Below, piece by piece: positions 58,911 through 64,000 of a DNA stretch of 64,000 bases (position 1 is its first letter; each line of letters begins with the position of its first letter). Under the pieces are notes generated by a model, which saw nothing but the letters and a program-made list of their open reading frames with translations, did no database searches and was not told the DNA's origin. The stretch covers positions 96,001 to 160,000 of the forward strand of contig CAVQJC010000020.1 in the NCBI GenBank assembly GCA_963712745.1, written 5' to 3'. A program made the position numbers and the translations under genes. Source of the stretch: an uncultured Chloroflexia bacterium. Lineage in GTDB: Bacteria; Chloroflexota; Limnocylindria; Limnocylindrales; CSP1-4.

Positions 58911-60089
58911 ATGCAGAACGTTCTCATCCTCGGCGGTGGCGTCGGCGGCACGCTCGTAGCCAACCTCATCAGTCGCAAGATCAAGAAGCAGATCGACGCC
59001 GGTGAGGCCAAGGTCACCGTCGTAGATGAGAAGGGCGAGCACGTCTACCAGCCCGGCTTCATGTACATCGCCATGGGCAACGAGGATCCCAAGTCTCTAC
59101 GCAAGCCGGAACGACGCCTGCTCGATGACCGCGTGGACCTGGTCATCGGTGAGATCACCGCGATCGACGAGGAGGCCAAGACGGTCTCCGTGGCGGATGG
59201 CAGCACCCTCGAATATGACCACCTGGTCATCGCTACCGGGTCGCGCATCCTGCCCGAGTCGATCGAGCACTTCGAGCAGGAGGCACACCATTTCTACAGC
59301 GAGGAGGCAGCACTGAAGCTGCGCCACGCGCTCGACACCTTCACCGGCGGGAAGGTCGTGGTCGGCATCGCGAGCATGCCCTACAAGTGCCCGCCGGCGC
59401 CGCTCGAGGTGGCCCTGCTCATCGAGGCCGAGCTGCGCGAGCGGGACCTTCGCGACAAGAGCGAGGTCCACTTCTGCTCACCCATCGCCCGGGCCTTCAC
59501 CATCGAAAGCGTGAGTGAGATGGTCACGCCCGAGCTCGAGAAGAAGGATATCGAGCTGCACACCTTCTTCAACGTCGAGACCATCGATGCCGAGCGCAAG
59601 GTCGTGGAGAGCCTCGAGGGCGAGGAGCTCGAATACGACCTGCTGGTGCTGGTGCCGCCGCACAAGGGCGCCCAGGTGCTGATGGACAGCGGCATCGCGC
59701 CCGCCCCCGGCGGCTGGCTGCCGACCGACCCCAAGACCCTCAACGTGGGCGACCGCCCCAACGTGTGGGCCCTCGGCGACGCCACCAACCTGCCCCTCTC
59801 GAAGGCCGGCTCCACGGCGCACTTCGAGGCACCGGTGGTGGCCGAACGAGTCTCGGCCATGGTGCAGCAGCGCAAACCGCACGCCAAGGAATCGATCTAC
59901 ACGGGCAAGGTCATGTGCTTCTTCGAGGTCGGCGACGGCAAGGGCACGCTGCTCCGCTTCGACTACGAGAACCCGCCCAAGCCGCCCAAGCCGAGCCGAC
60001 TGTGGCACGTGGGCAAGCTGGTCTTCAACAAGACCTACTACCGCATCGTGCCCAAGGGCCGAGGCGGCTCCATCGAGAAGCGCCTTTAG
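58911..60089 (+). CDS. sqr: Sulfide:quinone oxidoreductase-like FAD oxidoreductase
   Basis: GGGVGG, YQPG, YKCPPAPLE, LGDAT, SKAG, VMCF. Confidence 0.85.
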   Translation: MQNVLILGGGVGGTLVANLISRKIKKQIDAGEAKVTVVDEKGEHVYQPGFMYIAMGNEDPKSLRKPERRLLDDRVDLVIGEITAIDEEAKTVSVADGSTLEYDHLVIATGSRILPESIEHFEQEAHHFYSEEAALKLRHALDTFTGGKVVVGIASMPYKCPPAPLEVALLIEAELRERDLRDKSEVHFCSPIARAFTIESVSEMVTPELEKKDIELHTFFNVETIDAERKVVESLEGEELEYDLLVLVPPHKGAQVLMDSGIAPAPGGWLPTDPKTLNVGDRPNVWALGDATNLPLSKAGSTAHFEAPVVAERVSAMVQQRKPHAKESIYTGKVMCFFEVGDGKGTLLRFDYENPPKPPKPSRLWHVGKLVFNKTYYRIVPKGRGGSIEKRL

Positions 60090-60189
60090 GACCGACCCCC
60101 TCGGTCATCGCTCCAGCGGACCCCGCCCTCTGACCGGGCGGGCTCCGCTCGTGTTCGGTACGGGTTCCGCTCGACGCTGACCGAGTGGC

Positions 60190-60256
60190 ACCGTCGGCCC
60201 GAGGCGCCGGGAAAGACCGTCGGCCCGAGGCGCCGGGAAAGACCGTCGACCCGGGG
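60190..60256. repeat. 26-bp tandem repeat (2 copies plus a partial)
   Basis: accgtcggcccgaggcgccgggaaag x2, then accgtcgacccgggg. Confidence 0.85.
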
Positions 60257-60300
60257 CCCATCGCCCCTGAGCCCACTGCCACGAAGAACCAGGTGTCGGA

Positions 60301-61383
60301 TCAACGGGGCGACGGAGCCCGGGTCCCGGGAGCGGTGGGGCCCTCGGTCAGCTGACCCTCGGCTCGTTCGTCAGCCGCTGGCGGCCGCGCGGGTGCGCGT
60401 GTCTCGGCCACGATGACGGCCAGGATCTCACGCCAGCGCCCGTAGACGAAGTGGTGGCCCTCGTTGCGGTAGTACGTCGCCACCGCGTCCGGGAGCATCC
60501 GCTCGAGGTATTTGCCCATGCCCACGGGCACGACCTTGTCCTGGGCCCCGTGCCAGATGCGCACCGGCACCGTGACACCCCCTATGGGGAAGCCGAACGG
60601 GCGGGCCAGGCAGATGGCCTCGTCGTAGATCCCACGGTTACCCTGGCGGTACATCTCGTTGGCGTTGGCGATCATCACCGCGCGCAGCGCCGGATCGCCC
60701 AGGATCTGGCGATCGGCCTCGATCATGCCGCTGATGGCCTCGTCCAACTGCTTGTGCGGGTCCGACTTCTGCTGGCGCGACCACTGCCACATGGCCAGCG
60801 CGATGACCCAGGGTGCGTGGTCCGCGGTCCGCGACATGGCACGGTGGCGCCGCCAGGTGTAGCCGACCGAGCCGGGCGCGCCCGACAGAGGAGCGGGGGC
60901 GCTGATAAGCCCGACCACCGAGAAGCGCTCCGGCATCTGCCAGGCGCAGGCCAGCGCGTACGGGCCGCCGCCGGACCAGGCCACGATCGCACAGCGGTCG
61001 AGGCCGAGGATGTCGAGCAGCTCCGCGATGTCGCGCGGGTGATCGGTGACACGCCGGTTGGGCTGGCGCGTGGAGATGCCGATGCCGGGGCGGTCGACGG
61101 CGATGACGCGGGCGCCCAGCTCGGTGGCGATCTCGTCGTCGGGGTGGCGGACCACGCGGGATGAGCCGAACCCGTGGAAGAAGAGCACCGGCGTGCCGTC
61201 AGGGTCGCCGAAGTCGTCGAAGCCGAGAGCACGGCCGTCCGAGAGCGTGATCTGCCGCGACTTGGGGCCAAGCTCAACGAGCGACTCACGGAAACGGGCC
61301 CGGCGTCGGGCACGCCGCAACACACGCACACTACGGGGGCCGCGGCCGGGAAGTCGACGGCGCTGTCGCGAGCCTTCGTCCAT
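60301..61383 (-). CDS. Alpha/beta hydrolase
   Basis: FHGFGSSR, DRPGIG, AWSGGG, WHGAQD, EGH; start uncertain. Confidence 0.88.
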   Translation of the reverse strand: MDEGSRQRRRLPGRGPRSVRVLRRARRRARFRESLVELGPKSRQITLSDGRALGFDDFGDPDGTPVLFFHGFGSSRVVRHPDDEIATELGARVIAVDRPGIGISTRQPNRRVTDHPRDIAELLDILGLDRCAIVAWSGGGPYALACAWQMPERFSVVGLISAPAPLSGAPGSVGYTWRRHRAMSRTADHAPWVIALAMWQWSRQQKSDPHKQLDEAISGMIEADRQILGDPALRAVMIANANEMYRQGNRGIYDEAICLARPFGFPIGGVTVPVRIWHGAQDKVVPVGMGKYLERMLPDAVATYYRNEGHHFVYGRWREILAVIVAETRAPARPPAADERAEGQLTEGPTAPGTRAPSPR

Positions 61384-61455
61384 CGCGACCATCATGCCAC
61401 GGGGCAGCACAAGATTCCGCGTGGCGAACCCATGTGCGACGGGCGCGGCGAGGCG

Positions 61456-62106
61456 CTACCCCTCGTCGCCGCCCAGTTGCAGGTAGCGGAACAGCCCGGC
61501 CGCAGCGGCACCGCCGGCGAGCGTCGCCAGCAGGTAGATCCAGATGTCACCCCACGCGAAGACGCTCATGATCATGCCGCCGAGCATCACGGCCGGGTTG
61601 AACGCACCGCCCGAGATGCCGCCGACCGCATAGGCACCGGCGAGCACCGTGAAGCCGATGGCGAAGCCGAAGTAGTGGTTGCCCTCGGTGCCCTTGGCCG
61701 TGGCCACGTTGAGCACGACATAGACGAGCGCGAAGGTGAAGAGGAACTCCGCGAGCAATGCGGGGACGGCGTCGAGGTCACTGTTCAGCACCTCCGCCGG
61801 CATGGCGGGCTTCATGACCGTGACCGCGATGGCCGCCACCACGGCCGCCACCAGCTGCACCACCCAGTAGGCGATGGCGTCGTTGAGCTTGGTCGCACCG
61901 CGCAGCCACAGGCCCAACGTGATGGCCGGGTTGTAGTGCGCCCCGGAGATGTGGGCCCCCGCGTAGACCATCACGGCCAGGACCGTGCCGATGGCCAGAC
62001 CGCCCAGGTCGCCGGCCCCCGGGTCGATGACGACCATCCCCACGGTGAACACCAGGAAGAAGGTGCCGATGAACTCGACGACGAGTGCCTTTGGGTCGAT
62101 GGTCAT
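61456..62106 (-). CDS. Aquaporin / MIP channel
   Basis: ISGAHYNPA and GGAFNPA. Confidence 0.95.
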   Translation of the reverse strand: MTIDPKALVVEFIGTFFLVFTVGMVVIDPGAGDLGGLAIGTVLAVMVYAGAHISGAHYNPAITLGLWLRGATKLNDAIAYWVVQLVAAVVAAIAVTVMKPAMPAEVLNSDLDAVPALLAEFLFTFALVYVVLNVATAKGTEGNHYFGFAIGFTVLAGAYAVGGISGGAFNPAVMLGGMIMSVFAWGDIWIYLLATLAGGAAAAGLFRYLQLGGDEG

Positions 62107-62230
62107 GACAGTCTCCCTCGCTCGGACGGCCGCGGGCTATCGGTCGCGCGCCCGGACACCGCGCTGGGGCGATGATATCCGCGTCGACGCCCGCCGTCCC
62201 GCCGCGCGGGTGCGTTTCGTCGATGTGTTG

Positions 62231-62788
62231 TCAGGCTCCTCGCGCAGCGCGCATGGCCTGGATGGCCGCGAGCTGGTCGCGGAACTCGTTGCGAACGTTG
62301 TCGACCTCGTCGGCGCGGAACCCGAGTTCCTTGCCGATCTCGTTGAGCTCAGCGACCTCGGCGGCGGTGATGGTGTCGTCGGCAGCACCGACCGCGAAAG
62401 CCGTGCGCAACAGGTCCTCACGCTGCTCCCGGGTGGAGTTGTTGGCGAACTCACGGGTGACCACGAAGTCGTCGGTCGCACCATAGAGCTCGGCCATGTT
62501 GCGGGCCATCTCCACCACCAGCACGGCCTGCGGCTCGCTGAGGTGGCCGACCTCCACCACCGCCTGCTCCATCGAACGCACCTCGGCCTCGCTGATGTCG
62601 AGGTCGGCATGGGCAGCGCGAGCGAGGACGTAGGCGAAGCCGGCGATGAAGCGCCGCTGGTCGATGGGCAGGGCATCGATCTGGCCGGCGATGCGACGGA
62701 TGGATTGGGTCTCACCGGCATTCGAGACCTCCGGGCCCTCCGAGTGCTCGGGTTCGCTTGGGCCACCGAAGAGGCTGCGCAGGACCAT
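62231..62788 (-). CDS. TerB family protein
   Basis: AHADLDISEAE and AADDTITAAE repeats. Confidence 0.85.
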   Translation of the reverse strand: MVLRSLFGGPSEPEHSEGPEVSNAGETQSIRRIAGQIDALPIDQRRFIAGFAYVLARAAHADLDISEAEVRSMEQAVVEVGHLSEPQAVLVVEMARNMAELYGATDDFVVTREFANNSTREQREDLLRTAFAVGAADDTITAAEVAELNEIGKELGFRADEVDNVRNEFRDQLAAIQAMRAARGA

Positions 62789-62904
62789 GGGTTACCTCGT
62801 TGTGTTCTGGGGATGCCTCGGCACCAAGGACGCTAGCACGGACGGGCGAGCGGCGGGGAACCGCTGCCCCTCGGTTGCAGCTGCCCCTCGGTTACACTCG
62901 CCCG

Positions 62905-63768
62905 GTGACCGACTCCCCCAGCCCGCGCGAAGCCCGTCCTCCAAGCGCTATGCCGCGTAGCCCGGCGACCCGTGAGCTGGGCATGCGTGCGACGCTGCTC
63001 TTCCCCACACGTGAGATCGTCGAGCAGTACTACGTACCGCTGATCTACACGGCCTGCCGTACCTGCTACAGCGAGCTCGAGCCACAGGACATCTTCGAAC
63101 GCGCTACCGGCGGCCGCGTCGCAGCCGAGAAGCAGCAGGATCTGGTCCGCCGGGTCATCGATTCGGGCCACGGTTCGACCATCGAGCACATCGTCTTCAC
63201 GTTCGCCGTGTCGGGTGTGACACGTACGCTCTCGCACCAGCTCGTCCGCCATCGGGCTGGCCTGGCTTTCGACCAGCAGTCACAGCGTTACGTCAAGTAC
63301 AAGGAGCCCAGCTACATGGTTCCGGGCTCGGTCAGCGACGCTGACGATGAGGTTCGACAGAGCTTCGAGGACCAGCTCTCGGGCTCGCTCCAGGTCTACG
63401 AGGACATGCTGCAGGCGGGCATCCCCGGGGAGGACGCGCGTTTCGTCATGCCCAACGCCACGCGCACCAATCTCGTCATGACCACCAACCTGCGGGCGCT
63501 CATCCACATGTCCGGATTGCGCCTGTGCACCATGGCTCAGTGGGAGATCCGGCGGCTGTTCCAGCTCATCCGCCACGAGATCTTCACCGTCAGCCCGTTC
63601 CTGGGCTCGTTCCTCGCGCCCAAGTGCGTGCCGCTCGGCTACTGCGACGAGGACCGCAATCGCGACGAGCACTGCCCCATCCGGCCGCACAAGGACAACG
63701 TGCTCGGAGCGTGGGCCGAGAAGAAGGCCGCGGCCAAAGCGGCTGGGCGCGACCTGCCGACGCTGTAA
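62905..63768 (+). CDS. thyX: FAD-dependent thymidylate synthase
   Basis: GHGSTIEH, HQLVRHR...QQSQRY, RLCTMAQWEIR; TACACT-N6-GTG. Confidence 0.95.
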   Translation: MTDSPSPREARPPSAMPRSPATRELGMRATLLFPTREIVEQYYVPLIYTACRTCYSELEPQDIFERATGGRVAAEKQQDLVRRVIDSGHGSTIEHIVFTFAVSGVTRTLSHQLVRHRAGLAFDQQSQRYVKYKEPSYMVPGSVSDADDEVRQSFEDQLSGSLQVYEDMLQAGIPGEDARFVMPNATRTNLVMTTNLRALIHMSGLRLCTMAQWEIRRLFQLIRHEIFTVSPFLGSFLAPKCVPLGYCDEDRNRDEHCPIRPHKDNVLGAWAEKKAAAKAAGRDLPTL

Positions 63769-63795
63769 CGCCCACGCAGGACGGGGCGGCCTGCG

Positions 63796-64000
63796 CTAGG
63801 CCTCCAACTCCTCCACGAAGCGACCGATGACGCGGGCCAGCCGAGGGCCGGCCGCATCCGCGGCCTCGACCACCTCGGCGTGGGTCAGTGGCGTGGGCGA
63901 GAGTCCGGCGCCGGCGTTGGTCACCAGTGAGACGCCGCAGACGCGCATGCCCGCCCAGTGCGCCGCCACAGCTTCCATCACCGTGGACATGCCCACGGCG
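63796..64000 (-). CDS. Purine nucleoside phosphorylase, C-terminal part (5' end outside window)
   Basis: [18 protein letters not shown]. Confidence 0.85.
   Translation of the reverse strand, partial: AVGMSTVMEAVAAHWAGMRVCGVSLVTNAGAGLSPTPLTHAEVVEAADAAGPRLARVIGRFVEELEA

Noticed and set aside
60190-60256. 26-bp repeats as a CRISPR array
   Set aside because: The copies abut with no spacers and no cas genes are present; this is a simple tandem duplication.
62231-62788. TerB as part of a tellurite or phage defence operon
   Set aside because: A solitary gene with no other ter or defence genes nearby.

Overview
High-GC (about 70%) bacterial chromosomal segment. Gene content and protein style suggest a Chloroflexota- or Actinobacteria-like lineage (inference). 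It is mostly housekeeping and accessory metabolism: peptidases (PepA, PepN, S41), nucleotide metabolism (two adenosine deaminases, NrdJ, ThyX, PNP, ExoIII), a LacI-controlled ribose/nucleoside uptake cluster with a secreted nucleoside hydrolase, a MacAB-like ABC exporter preceded by three tandem paralogous Cys-repeat secreted proteins, a DosS/DosR-like block (USPs, Rrf2, two-domain multicopper oxidase, DsbA/VKOR), an ArsR-DsrE-TusA-SQR sulfur cluster and a 3'-truncated IS110. No rRNA, tRNA or CRISPR array was seen. The most notable observations are: (1) a GIY-YIG nuclease-like domain fused to GreA; (2) an unannotated structured ncRNA candidate of about 270 nt with its own promoter and terminator; (3) a 21-bp promoter motif shared by a PD-(D/E)XK coiled-coil gene and a small Zn-ribbon gene, arranged like a PafBC-type activated promoter; (4) the triplicated Cys-repeat proteins; (5) LexA, DnaA-like and NrdR sites stacked upstream of nrdJ. 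Many genes look leaderless. All calls come from reading motifs by eye; no database search was run.
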